DNA of 64,000 bases from Podarcis liolepis (lineage: Eukaryota): NCBI GenBank assembly GCA_965112155.1, contig OZ218108.1, one strand, 5' to 3'. How positions within the stretch are numbered: position 1 is the stretch's first letter; the number at the start of each line of letters is the position of its first letter. Both the position numbers and the translations under genes were made by a program. Shown here one piece after another: positions 24,101-36,029 of this stretch. Under the pieces are notes generated by a model. It saw only the letters and a list, made by a program, of their open reading frames with translations, was not told the DNA's origin and ran no database searches.

Positions 24101-25676
24101 ATCATATCCTATACCTTTTCAATTCATGACCACATGCTCCGCTTATATGATATTGCAGACATTAATATTGTGCAGCCTGAAGTGACTGGATGCATAAAAA
24201 CTGACTCCTTTTTGAATAAAAATTGTCTAGACCCATTTGTTTGATTCGAAACTTTACTTGCAGAAATTTCTTCAAAACAGAACAAAAACATCAAAGATAT
24301 ATCCAAAAAAATTCATAAAACATATGGTTATCCAAGCACAGGCTCAACATCTTTTTAGAAATAAAATAACTTATCAAAGCTGAAAAACACAGTTCTCCCC
24401 CTCACAGGCTTCATTAGTCTGAACTCCAGCTCTTAAGGCTGTTGAGCTCCTGGAGAGGCATCTTACTTCCACAGAGCTTCAGCCACAACCCTTCCAAGAC
24501 AGAGAAATTTGCAATTCACTACCTCTTGTGTTATCTAAGGTTAAACACAACAATAACAATTATCAACCCATCAAGGAGCTCAGAGTCCTATTCTTGACTT
24601 CAATATAGCTCCATGGAAAATCACCATGTTAAAGCCTTCAGTAATACACATTGAGGCATTCTCTATTTCAGTGTCAATTAAAAAATTACACTTAACATAT
24701 ATTTATCATAAACACCTAGGTGGTCGCTATTGGAAAAAGGATGCTAGACTAGAAGCATCCTCCTAATTCAACCAGATTATTTATTTCATTCACAAGCAAG
24801 GGAGAATTCTGTTTGGTGAACGCAGAAAATGGCACAAGGTACAACACATTTCAGATGTGTTGCAGGGCAGGAAAAAGTAAGATTAGTTTTCTAACTAAAA
24901 CATGAATGCTAAGGGTAACTACAAACTGCCTGCTGCGTGATGGCCAATCAAACTACCTGCATGGTAAACTGGCTGCTTGTACCGTTCCTCAGATGTGTCA
25001 GTGTGACACCATTTCACCTCCTAGCTTGAAACTGCATACAACCAGCTCCCTCAGATCAGTTGCCCTATTGTGAGTCTACAAGCAGCCTCTTGGCTCTCTG
25101 TGGTAACCCAGTAATGAAGAGGAAAAAAGGTGCAGAAAGGATACAGTCCAGAAACCAATAACATTTTGCAGAGAGTGAAACACTTAACTTATTTGCCCTA
25201 GTGTAAAATCTTTTCTAATATTTGATCATTCATAAATGGTTTCTGGATGGAATGTAACAAATTGTCTGAGAATCAGATCTGTAAGCATTTGCTACACTCA
25301 AGTGCGCTTGTATATGAACGAGGTGAAAAGGCCAATAAATTATTTTCTTGGCAGATCAAGGATGAGGAATTTGAGAGATCTATTTTGGAAACAACACTAG
25401 ATACACAGATGGTAATTTCAGACTAGCAGAAAATTAATCAGGCTTTTTTGTCACAGAGTCCTCGTACAGTTTGCCTCAGTGCAGTGTCCATACAGGGCTC
25501 AGTTGTGGAAGCTTGAAGCTTTTAGACATGCAAGTTGGTGCTTTTGTAATGCAGTTTCTCTTCTCGGCTTTGAAAGGAAATAGAAATTTATCTGTTCTAA
25601 AGGTCAGAGAGCTCTTCCAAAGCTTTTGCTTTCATAGGTGATGCGAGGGGAAAACTGACTAGCACAAAACCACATA

Positions 25677-25917
25677 CAGTGGTACCTCGGGTTACATACG
25701 CTTCAGGTTACATACGCTTCAGGTTACAGACTCCGCTAACCCAGAAATAGTACCTCGGGTTAAGAACTTTGCTTCAGGATGAGAACAGAAATTGTACTCT
25801 GGCGGTGCGACAGCAGCAGGAGGCCCCATTAGCTAAAATGGAGCTTCAGGTTAAAACAGTTTCTGGTTAAGCACAGACCTCTGGAATGAATTAGGTACGT
25901 AACCAGAGGTACCACTG
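25677..25917. mobile_element. Tc1/mariner MITE family C
   Basis: cagtggtacctc..gaggtaccactg, TA on both sides; internal duplication of ggttacatacgcttca; opposite orientation to the 19890 and 35453 copies. Confidence 0.88.
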
Positions 25918-26154
25918 TAGTAAGAAAAGTATTGTATGTAAACCATAAGTATTTTTAAACTACAAAAAATAGGAAACATATTAATGCAGAGATTGACCCT
26001 CAATGTGAGTGTCTTATTTCACCAGTCACAAAGTAAATTAAACTTTTAGATTTTTTCACAAGGACTCCTAATGCAAATGCACACAAGAATGCACACACAC
26101 TGGAAAAGATTAGCCATCTTGAATGTGTAACGGTGAGAATGCTGCCATCTACGC

Positions 26155-26290
26155 CAGGCATCCCCAACCTTCGACCCTCCAGGTGTTTTGGACTACAATT
26201 CCCATCATCCCTGACCACTGGTCCTGTTAGCTAGGAATCATGGGAGTTGTAGGCCAAAACATCTGGAAGGCCACAGGTTGGGGATGCCTG
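26155..26290. mobile_element. Palindromic hAT MITE family B
   Basis: TIR caggcatccccaacct / aggttggggatgcctg; 8-bp TSD atcta(c/g)gc. Confidence 0.85.
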
Positions 26291-26416
26291 ATCTAGGCTG
26301 TCAAGGTCAAAGTGTTACGTAATGTCATCTAAACTATCAAAGACGGGGGGGCAGAGAGAAACAAGAGAAAATGGGAAAAGACTAAGTGCTCTTTCACACA
26401 TGAAGCCAATGTGAAG

Positions 26417-26585
26417 AGGCATAGCTCAGTGACAGAGCATCTGCTTTGCATGCAGAAGATCCCTGTTCAATCTCCAGGTAGGTCTGAAAATGTCCCCTAT
26501 CTGAAATCCATTAGAGCCACCACTACCAGGCAGTGTGGACAAATACTGAGCTGAATGGACCAATGATCTGAGTTCCTTTGTTCCA
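26417..26585 (+). mobile_element. tRNA(Ala-like)-derived SINE, degraded
   Basis: tagctcagtg..agagcatctgctttgcatgcagaag..gttcaatc head plus a body shared with the minus-strand copy at about 56720-56870. Confidence 0.65.
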
Positions 26586-27637
26586 ATATTCCAAACTTAA
26601 CCAAATGTGAGACTGCAGTCATATATCAGCTTTGTAGAACAATATCACTGATGTGTTTTTCACAGAAGCAAACTCCTCTTTTCTGACTGATGTTAACAGA
26701 AAATCCACTTTATCATTCTTGGGTTGCAGGTGTGTTTACTCTGATGACATGCAGTAGAAGTATGGTGAAACTAATGTATCAGACAAAATCTTAGCTTGAA
26801 ATTCTTTGCCACAATTGTGCTTTTGACTCTGTATTAATCTGAACAGATCAGGTTTACTAAATGTCTTTTCCAAAGGGAAGACTTCAGAGTAACTAAAACA
26901 CATTCTAAAGATTTAGTAACAAAGATACTTCAGCAGCCTGAAGTCAAATGGCAGGTTGAACTCATGTGAAGCTATTAACTACTCCAATTATCCCAAACAA
27001 ACAGGTTTAAAACCCCTGTGGATTTCAGTAGCACTGCTACTTGGTTAACAGAGTGCCTGGAAGTCACCAGAACAGCTACTTCCCACTGTTCCTGATTTAC
27101 TGCTGTAGTTTGCAATCCAGGTCACAGGGTACAGTTTGGGGAACAGTATTATGATATTTAGAGTTTCAATTTCTTATTTCACGATGTAATAGTTTACTAT
27201 ATATTTAACAAACAGTACACACTGTTTTATTGTAAATAGAACTTCTAAGTGGTTTGCAAAAATAAACATTAAAATTTTCGGTTAAAAAAAACCAGGAACA
27301 AAAAAAATCAAAATAGAATTACAAGCAAGTTTAAGATAAAAACAAATAAAAACAGATGTTGACTTCCATGTGCTGGGAAAGGCTTGCCTGAATTTTTCTT
27401 TCTGTAATTCCAACTGTGAGCACCAGAGGTAGATGTTTTCACAGAAAACATTAAAATTAACTTCACTTAATAATCACTGCTTACTGCCACTATTAACATT
27501 TCCCAGTTTACACTTTATGAACAGGAATATAGTCTGGCATTTACCTCTAAAACTGAAATCCCATATACTGTATTCACTAAACCAGGAATAGACAAGTGTA
27601 ACATAAGATTGTATTATTAAGTCCTTAATTTAGAAAC

Positions 27638-27758
27638 ATAGAATTGTATCGTTGGAAGAGACCAATCTCCTGCAATGCTCGAAGTTTTTGCCCAACATGG
27701 GGTTTGAACCCATGATCCTGAGATTAAGAGTCTCATGCTCTAATAACTGAGCTATCCC
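27638..27758 (-). mobile_element. tRNA-Lys(CTT)-derived SINE with CR1-type tail
   Basis: Reverse complement of 27689-27758 resembles tRNA-Lys(CTT), followed by a ..cttccaac..tacaattctatg tail; same family as 52042-52190. Confidence 0.7.
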
Positions 27759-27942
27759 AACAATTAGTGCTCTTAGTGCTACATGACTACCATAGCCATC
27801 GCCTATAAAGAGCAAAAAACTAACTATAGCAGGAATGCAATCCCCAACACATAACTGCAGACATGGTTATTTTTATTGAGCTTTTCTGCTACACACAAAA
27901 AATGAAGAGAGTGAGGCCAGTGTAACAAGATGAATCTGCATA

Positions 27943-28657
27943 CCGTATTTTTCGCCCTATAGGACGCACCGGCCCATAGGATGCACCTAGTTTTTTTGGG
28001 GGGAAATCAAGGGAATTTTTTTTTATTTCCCCCCCAGGTTTGCGCAACCATCCCAAGCTAGAAGAGGGAGACGGAGCGCTCCGTCTCCCTCTTCTGCCTT
28101 CAGGGACAGCTTGCCCCGCTATCCCGCGAGCTTGTGGGGCTGGCGGGGGGGAGAAGCAGGCTTGCTCCCCCCCCCCGCCAGCCTCCAGATCAGGTCGGGG
28201 AATAGCGGGGTGGTGGCGCTCTGCCATCCCCCTATCCCCCGAGCTTGTGGGGCTGGCAGGGGGGAGAAGCAAGCTTGCTTCTCCCCCTCCCCCCAGCCTC
28301 CAGATCAGGTCGGGGAATAGCGGGGTGGCGGCGCTCCGCCACCCCCTTATCCCCCAAGCTTGTGGGGCTCGCGGGGGGGGGAGGAGCGGGGTGGTGGCGC
28401 TGCGCCTCCCCGCTGTCCCCAGCTTTTGGGTGCAGGCTGCTGCCCGCAAGCCTTGCGAGCCCGCGGGACATCCCGCCGGGCTTGCAAGACTTGCGGATAG
28501 CTTCCTGAAGCCTGGAGAGCGAGAGGGGTCAGTGCGCACCGACCCCTCTCGCTCTCCAGGCTTCAGCAAAAGCCTGCATTCGCCCCATAGGACGCACACA
28601 CATTTCCCCTTCATTTTTGGAGGGGAAAAAGTGCGTCCTATAGGGCGAAAAATACGG
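27943..28657. mobile_element. 715-bp TA-flanked non-autonomous Tc1/mariner-superfamily (Tc2/pogo-like) element with GC-rich internal repeats
   Basis: Perfect 27-bp TIR ccgtatttttcgccctataggacgcac; TA at 27941-27942 and 28658-28659; internal ~115-120-bp tandem units and palindromes. Confidence 0.88.
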
Positions 28658-29399
28658 TAAATGCAGTTGTTGGCTGCTAGATGGGACTTGTGAGAGTTGC
28701 AACCTACAATACGTGGTAGCGCTTTTACCAATAAATAGTTTATCCTAATGTTCAATAGACATCTAGCCTCCTGTAACTTGAGCTCATTAGATCTGGGCTC
28801 TCATTACAACAGCCTGTCGTGGCTCCCACTCATTGAAGAACTCAGGTTGCAGTTTCTATCCACAGCTTCAACGCTCAAATCAGCACACTGTACAGTATAG
28901 GTAAATTGAAGTTCTGGGGCACAGCATACATGCACATGGCTGCACAAGCAAAGACAGAGACCGAGCAATGACACGGCCCCTGAAACACTGTTCCAAGGGA
29001 AAGGGGTGGGCACAACAAAGTGCAGCAACTGGTTCTGCTTCTTAGACTGGGCGTACAACCATCTGCTCACGCCTGCACTGGTGTCTCCATGACAGGCAAT
29101 GGAGGAAGTGTTACTGCCTCATCAAAAGCTGATGGAACAGGCGGGGCAACAACCTCCTCTGGAGAGGTGGGACTGCACTTGGTTTCTGACAGCTCCAGAG
29201 GTGGAGCTGTGGTGCGATAGGCGAGCCAGAACCAGCTGCTGGCAGCTACAGTGGTGGAGCCTGTGCCTTGTACTGTGGGGATTGATGGGGAGATGGGACA
29301 AAGCGAGGGAAATTCCACATACACCCACCCACAAGATCGTCCCCAGGATCTCCTAACCCAGATAGAAAGCTTCCCAGCCCACTGGATCCCTCCCCAGTG

Positions 29400-29795
29400 T
29401 CATCTATTAATGCAGCTTAGAGTGGCATTAGAGATTCCCCCCTACTCGCTCTACATTGCTGACCCAGGTTCTGCTTGTGATCAACTGCAATCTAGATAGC
29501 TCTTTCACAGGTACTACTGCTAGGCCAGGAATTTCTCCATCCCATGCCTGTGCATTTTTGTCTTCTGCCTAAATGGAGAGTTTTGCAGTTGTTCCTGTGG
29601 AATTTCATTTTGTTAGTTTCATCACAGTTTTCCATTCCATCAAGCTTGATGAGGACTTTGAGGAGTTTTGCAACCAGCTATGAATCCTCATGACAGTATT
29701 ATAATCGAGCCAGCATTTAGCCAGTTTGCTAATCAAAAGATCATGGGGAACTTTGTCAAATGTTCTGCTGAAATCAAGATAAATTACATCCACAG
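29400..29795 (-). mobile_element. CR1 LINE reverse-transcriptase fragments
   Basis: DVIYLDFSRTFDKVPHDLLISKL (RT motif) and a downstream IAVDHKQNLGQQC resembling CR1 IVVDHKLNMSQQC; internally deleted. Confidence 0.75.
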
Positions 29796-30469
29796 CAGAG
29801 AGAGCACTATTCTATGACACTATTCTATGAATGTTTACTTGAAGGGAAGTCATCTGTCTCTTCCACATATTTTGCCACTTCATAGCCTTGCAATCTGCCT
29901 AATATAACCTATTATTTATTGGCCTTATCATCTGCTCAATATAAAATAGCTGAAATCTTCTCCTAGACCAGATAAACTAAATAGTTCAGTTTGCGTCATG
30001 TGGCGTACCATGAAACATTCTTACAGCTATTTTCTGCATTTTATTTTTCCTTACTAGCTTTTATTGTACTCAAATAAAAGAAGTGGAAAATGTAGTAGAG
30101 TCAGCCAGTAAAACTTATGCTTCTGTTCAAAACAAGCACATGGTTGGAAGAGTTTAATTTCACCAGCTACATTTTATAATATTTATGCAGTTCTTTGTTT
30201 GCTGCATTTCATGTGCAAAAACAAATACCTAAGTAGCTTTTACTAACAGGAAAAGAGAGCAAATGAGGATAGACATAAATGACACATTTCACCAGGTTTA
30301 ATGGGGTGAGCAATCCTAAAAACAAGGTTATTTTCTTCTGACCCTCCATTCCCAATTTGGGATGTAGATGTAATGTGGTCCACTCATATAAGGCAGCCAC
30401 ATGGGTTCCACTTCACTGGCATACCTGAGTGTTGTCACACACAATAAAGTACCTTCTTAGAACTTAGAT

Positions 30470-30725
30470 CAAAGGTAGGCAACCTAAGGCCCGTGGGCCA
30501 GATGCGGCCCAATTGCCTTCTCAATCCGGCCTGCGGGCGGTTCGGGAATCAGTGTGTTTTTACATGAGTAGAATGTGTGCTTTTATTTAAAATGCATCTT
30601 TGGGTTATTTGTGGGGCATAGGAATTCGTTCATTCCCCCCCCCCAAAAAAAAATATAGTCCGGCCCCCCACAAGGTCTGAGAGACGGTGGACTGGCCCAT
30701 GGCTGAAAAAGGTTGCTGATCCCTG
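30470..30725 (+). mobile_element. hAT MITE family A
   Basis: Same body as the 7322 copy; perfect 8-bp TSD acttagat (30462-30469, 30726-30733). Confidence 0.88.
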
Positions 30726-31448
30726 ACTTAGATAAAAAACCTCAACAAAGATAGCTAAAGAATTTGTTGCTTGAGGCAGTGATCTAGGAGAACACCTTCA
30801 TTAAGCAGGAGTTACTGTGTGTGTGTTTTACCACAGACCCTGAACCAGGAGAGAAGCTGAAAATCAGTATACCTGGGAGCTGTAAAACAGAAGCAGGTAA
30901 ACAGTTGCCACATGACAGAAGATGAGGTCAGGCAATGAGACTTGGATGGTAAGGGGACAATGGGTTGAAGGGCTGGAATGTGGAGGTAAACAGGGACTAG
31001 ATCTTTGTCTCAACTTAGCCAGACCAAATATGACAAGCTAGCTGCCATAAAAATGGGGTTTGGCGCATATTGCACAAAAGCTAAAGTGTGGCTTTTGACT
31101 TAGGTTATGTACGTTGTAAAGAATATTCCTTTTAAATAAGCCAACTTAAGCATAATAAATAAAAGCTGCCCTTGGTGCTACAAAGAAATTGTATTTTAAT
31201 TTCCCCCTATCAAATTAGGAGCACTGTATGGAATACAGAATATTGTCTAATACCTCAACATGCCAGGAAGAAATATGACTAAAAATGAGCATATAATCTC
31301 ATCAGTATCACAGCAGATGAAGATTTAACATGAGTATGGACATCAATTTCTGCTAAGCACCATCAGATTGATTTACCTGTAATTTCTAGTGCCATTAGGA
31401 AAAGGATTGTGGGTTTACCTTATTGTAAATGTGTTATTTTTAGATACA

Positions 31449-31541
31449 GTGAAAAAAGGAGACCCATCTTTTTGTTGTTTTTGTTTAGTCATTTAGTCGT
31501 GTCTACAAGCACAACAAAAAGATGGGTGCTCCTTTTTTCAC
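31449..31541. repeat. ~30-bp inverted repeat enclosing a BovB-like 3' tail fragment
   Basis: gtgaaaaaaggagacccatctttttgttgt versus acaacaaaaagatgggtgctccttttttcac (1-nt indel). Confidence 0.8.
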
Positions 31542-32030
31542 CTATCTTTGTTTTATTACATTTACTATATGGTGATGGACCTGCATGATAGGAACAGTGG
31601 CACATGCTTTATTATCAAGCCTATTTAACTAAAGGGAAGGGGCAGATTTTGATCTGAAATTAAGGATTCAATAACCCTAGGCACACTTATGTTGGAGCAA
31701 GCCTCACTGAACTTAACAGGGCTTACTTCTGAATAAAATTCAATGCATTGGATTGGCCCACATAGCCTTAATGATAGATTATTAATTGCCTAAATACCTT
31801 TTTAGCTTGATTGCTTTTTGATTAGGCTGCAATTAAAACTTGCAACCTAATCAAAAGGCAATAAAGCTAACAAGAAGGGAACTTGGGACAGAGCCATCAT
31901 GGACAACTCTTGGATGCTTATGCATAAAGAGCATGTGCTTATGCATAAAGCCCCCATTGGGTGGGGTCCTCACCATGGAGGCCTGAGGCCCAAAGATCTG
32001 ATTTACATATGGGCTGAGCTAGCTGCAGCG

Positions 32031-34430
32031 CAGGGCCTTATAATCTAGGGGGGCCTTGGCCTCTTGCAAAATAAAAAAATTAAACAGGCAGATTTTACTA
32101 TATAGGCCCAGTTGCTTACTAATATTAAACATGTGGTGTATGAATCTATGACTGTATAACAGTTACACAAGTGCATACTCTACTGTTTAGTAAATTTCAC
32201 AGAGGCTTTAAAACTACTCAGAATCAAATGATAAAGCAATATAAGTGTTCTCATCACTGCATTTTATATCACTGTGAATCACAATATTTAATTTTGACTT
32301 TTTGTGAAAAAAATGATGAGTAAGCGCTATGAAAGTGCTGCTAGTAAATGAAAGCAAAAAACAAACAAACAAACAAACAAACAAAACAGAAGGAAATACT
32401 CAAATGTTTAAAGCCAATCATGTCATATGGCTTTGTACACCAAGCAGAAACAGTCCTACATAATCCGTCATATAGAACATCCATGTTTACAAACAAAAGA
32501 AAATAAAGTAGACTACACTGAGTAGTCTGAGCAGACTGAATAACAACCAGTTCATATACAGAACACAGCCTCCCAAGACCTTCAAGGAGAATTGTTGTCG
32601 GTAACAACCACTACAAGTACAGAAACAACTGGAGAAAGTGACAACGAAGTGATAGGACCTATGACCCAAGAATTAACACAAGGTGCTGAAGGAACATACC
32701 ATGAGATGGTTGCAGTTCAAGCTCTATACTGTCTTAAAGTATTGGAAAATAAAGCAAATTATCTGAGTGAAAACCCTTACATTGCACACACAAAAATACC
32801 AATAGTTCATGCTACTAGTGATTTTAGAGACAATAATGTCATAGGTTTATGGTCCACATTAAATAACAAGGAAATATCATTCTGGGATGAGAAAGGTCTA
32901 TCGGAATGTCAGCACTGGGATGGACGTTTTACCACTTTGAAGCAAACATCTAAAAACCAAGTCTGGATCTGTTCAAAAAATTATTCTATTCCACCAAAGT
33001 AAATGGATAAATCTACCCTCAAGAATGGCTAGTGTATTCCCCCACGAAAGGAAGTGTCAAAGGTTTTGTGCACAAACCTTTCTCTAACCAAACTACCTCA
33101 ACTACAACTTTAGGTTCTACTGGATTTGATGATTGGCATCACACTTATCTTGTTCAAACCCATGGAAACTCTAAAAATCATACAAACTCTCTGCTAACAT
33201 ACTTAACAAGAAAGTGTGCTCAAACACTCACATAAAAACTCAAAGAACCAATCAAAGCAGGATTACTGGAGCTGCCTGTACTTCAGCGAGTTATTGCAGT
33301 GATTTCCCTTTTGGGGGAACGTGGCTTGGCATTTCATGGAAATGATGAAACATTTGGTTCACCAGACAATGGTAACTTTCTCAGATTGCTTGAATTAATT
33401 GCAAAATTCGATCATTTCCTGTGTGCTCACATAAATCAGTATGGAAGTAAAGGCTCTGGTCAGCTATCATACTTCTCCAAAACCATATGTGAATAGGTTA
33501 TCCAGCTGATGGCTTATACAGTTCAAGAAGCAATACTGAGCAACATCAAACAGGCAGGTTATTTTAGTTTATCTGTTGATTCAAACCCTGATGTTTCCCA
33601 TGTTGATCAACTTACTGTCATGGTTAGATATGTTTCTCCTAGCGATGGATCACCAGCTGAATGCTTTCTGAGTTTTTTGAACTGAAATACCACACCAGTG
33701 AAAGTATGGTTGAGCCGACACTGAACTACTTCACTGAACATATGATTTCAGTACATATGATTTCAGTAAATCATATGACAATGCAGCTAATATGACCGGA
33801 AAATATAACAGCATTCCACAAAATATTCTGGAAAGGAACAAGCTTGCAAAGTTTATTCCATTGCACTGGACATTCCCTAAATCGAGTTGGACAAACCACA
33901 GCTGACTTGTCCCTGGATGCAGTGAATTTTTTTGCCGTAATAAATGAGCTTTATTGTTTTTTCTCATCTTCTGCAAAAATATCAGCCTCTTGAGTCAAAA
34001 GTTTTTTCTCATCTTCTGCAAAAATATCAGCCTCTTGAGTCAAAAGTTCCTAAACATTTATCATATGCAAGAAGGGAGGCTAACACCAAAGCTACTGCAG
34101 CTATTAGTGAAAGTTATGCTTACTTACATTGTTGAAGCCCTCAGTCATATTTACTGTGATGAATCTGAAAAAGGAGATGCTAGACGACAGGCTGAAAATC
34201 TGCAAAAAATGGAAGGATTTTAATTAATTTTCATGTTTTAGTTTTGGACACACTTTCATAAACTTAGAAAGGCACTCCAAAGTTCACAAATTTCATTAAG
34301 CACGTGTGCAAATATTTGCTGCTCACTACTGCAGTTCATATCAAACAGTTGGGTTAATTTTGATGAAATTGAACAGCAAGCAAAATTCACTTTACCAGAG
34401 TACAAAACTGTCAAAACAAAGCAGACTATT
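32031..34430 (+). mobile_element. Decayed autonomous hAT DNA transposon (DUF4371/ZMYM1-like transposase pseudogene)
   Basis: Fragments MMSKRYESAASK*, GERGLAFHGNDE..NGNFLRLLELIAKFD, YFSLSVDSNPDVSHVDQL and SYDNAANMTG are in the canonical order but broken by stops and frameshifts. Ends approximate. Confidence 0.8.
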
Positions 34431-34502
34431 GGGGGGGGGCGGTGATAGAACAGCATCCAAAGCCCGAGACTTTGCTCACATTGGTCACAAATACCTATTC
34501 CC

Positions 34503-34742
34503 AAGAAGAAGAAGAGTTTGGATTTGATATCCCGCCTTTCACTCCCTTTAAGGAGTTTCAAAGCGGTTAACATTCTCCTTTCCCTTCCTCCCCCACAACA
34601 AACACTCTGTGTGGTGAGTGGGGCTGAGAGACTTCAAAGACGTGTGACTGGCCCAAGGTCACCCAGCAGCTGCATGTGGAGGAGCGGGGACGCGAACCCA
34701 GTTCCCCAGATTACGAGACTACCGCTCTTAACCACTACACCA
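34503..34742 (-). mobile_element. CORE-type tRNA SINE with (CTT)n tail (Squam3-like)
   Basis: Reverse complement starts tggtgtagtggttaagagc (A box) with ggttcgcgtcc (B box), a CORE-like body and a (ctt)n end. Confidence 0.8.
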
Positions 34743-35311
34743 CAAGGGCAAAGTAATTCTTAAAATATAATCTGAAAAACAATTACAAATAGGGTTAAAA
34801 TGGGGGGGGGGATATATGCAGCTCAAACCTATCCACATTTTACTCAGGAGTCATACTGAACTAAGTGATCCCTGAAATAAAGGAGACTCTTTTGAAACAG
34901 TCATCCTGCAAAATTGTTGTCTACTTTTTAAACACTTGTTTTCTCATGCACTATCTTATTTGATCCACAAGGAATCCAGTTGTATTTATTCCTAAGCAAT
35001 ATAAGACCAGAGCCTGAAATTCATAGGACATCCAGAAAGGTTGTGGAGATAACTTCTTAAACTAATGATTAAAACACAAACACCATGATGGGTGGTATTC
35101 AACAGAGTAGACCCACTGAAATTTATGAACATGACTAAGATCCATTGATTTCAACAGGTTTAATGTGAGTGGAACTTAGCTGAATACCACTCATTTCAAT
35201 TCAGTATCACCATTGAAGTGTTTGTGAACAGCACTCAGGGAATCCCCATGTGTTACAAATAGAAAAAAGGAAGAACATCTGCCTCAGAACATCAGGAATA
35301 ACTTTCTGACA

Positions 35312-35706
35312 AGATTCAGGTAGGTAGCCATGTTGGTCTGACACAGTCGAAATAAATAAAAAAATTGTCCAGTAGCACCTTAGAGACCAACTAAGTATGT
35401 CCTGGATATAAGCTTTCGTGTGCATGCACACTTCTTCAGAAAGAAGCTTATACAGTGGTACCTCGGGTTAAGTACTTAATTCGTTCCGGAGGTCCGTACT
35501 TAACCTGAAACTGTTCTTAACCTGAAGCACCACTTTAGCTAATGAGGCCTCCCACTGCGGCCGCGGCGCCGGAGCCCGATTTCTGTTCTCATCCTAAAGC
35601 AAAGTTCTTAATCTGAAGCACTTTTTCTGGGTTAGCGGAGTATGTAACCTGAAGCGTATGTAACCTGAGGTACCACTGTACACGAAAGCTACTGGCCATT
35701 TTTTTT
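35312..35706. mobile_element. Penelope-like inverted pLTR remnant with minus-strand hammerhead core, interrupted by a MITE
   Basis: ggtaggtagccatgttggtctg..ccagtagcaccttagagaccaactaag matches the 20689 element; 14-bp TSD ataactttctgaca at 35298-35311 and 35707-35720. Confidence 0.75.
35453..35678. mobile_element. Tc1/mariner MITE family C
   Basis: cagtggtacctc..gaggtaccactg; TA at 35451-35452 and 35679-35680. Confidence 0.88.
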
Positions 35707-36029
35707 ATAACTTTCTGACAGTGAGAGCTGTTCGACAGTGGAACGGACTCCCTCGGAAGGTAGTGCACTCTCCTTCCTTGGAAGCTTTTAAGCAGAGGTT
35801 GGGTGGCCATCTTCCATGGATGCTTTAGTTGAGATTCCTGCATCGCGAGGGATTGAACTAGATGACCCTCGGGATCTCTTCCAACTCTACAATTCCATGA
35901 CTCTATCATGACCCTATGAAAAGTTCGCCCCTTCCTCTCTCACCTATAAGGCGAGAACAAAACCCTTAAGAGAATAAGCGACTCTTCCATAGAAGTACAC
36001 GAAGGAAAGAGGATGGGACGGAAAGCAAG

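Larger units (their letters stand above)
35286..35920 (+). mobile_element. CR1 LINE 3' end split by nested insertions
   Basis: Joining 35286-35311 to 35721 onward gives NIRNNFLTVRAVRQWNGLPRKVVHSPSLEAFKQRL (CR1 ORF2 end), then the CR1 tail ttccaactctacaattccatga. Confidence 0.85.

Noticed and set aside
27889-28755. Longest ORFs in the window (288 aa minus, 206 aa plus) as a novel gene
   Set aside because: They span a TIR-bounded, GC-rich, internally repetitive MITE; stop-codon scarcity and palindromy explain them, and no domain is recognisable.
31915-31950. Repeated palindrome tgcttatgcataaag as a paired binding site
   Set aside because: A single short local duplication beside a transposon end; no further support.
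32592-34223. Domesticated ZMYM1-like gene
   Set aside because: Multiple stops, frameshifts and duplications; no intact long frame.
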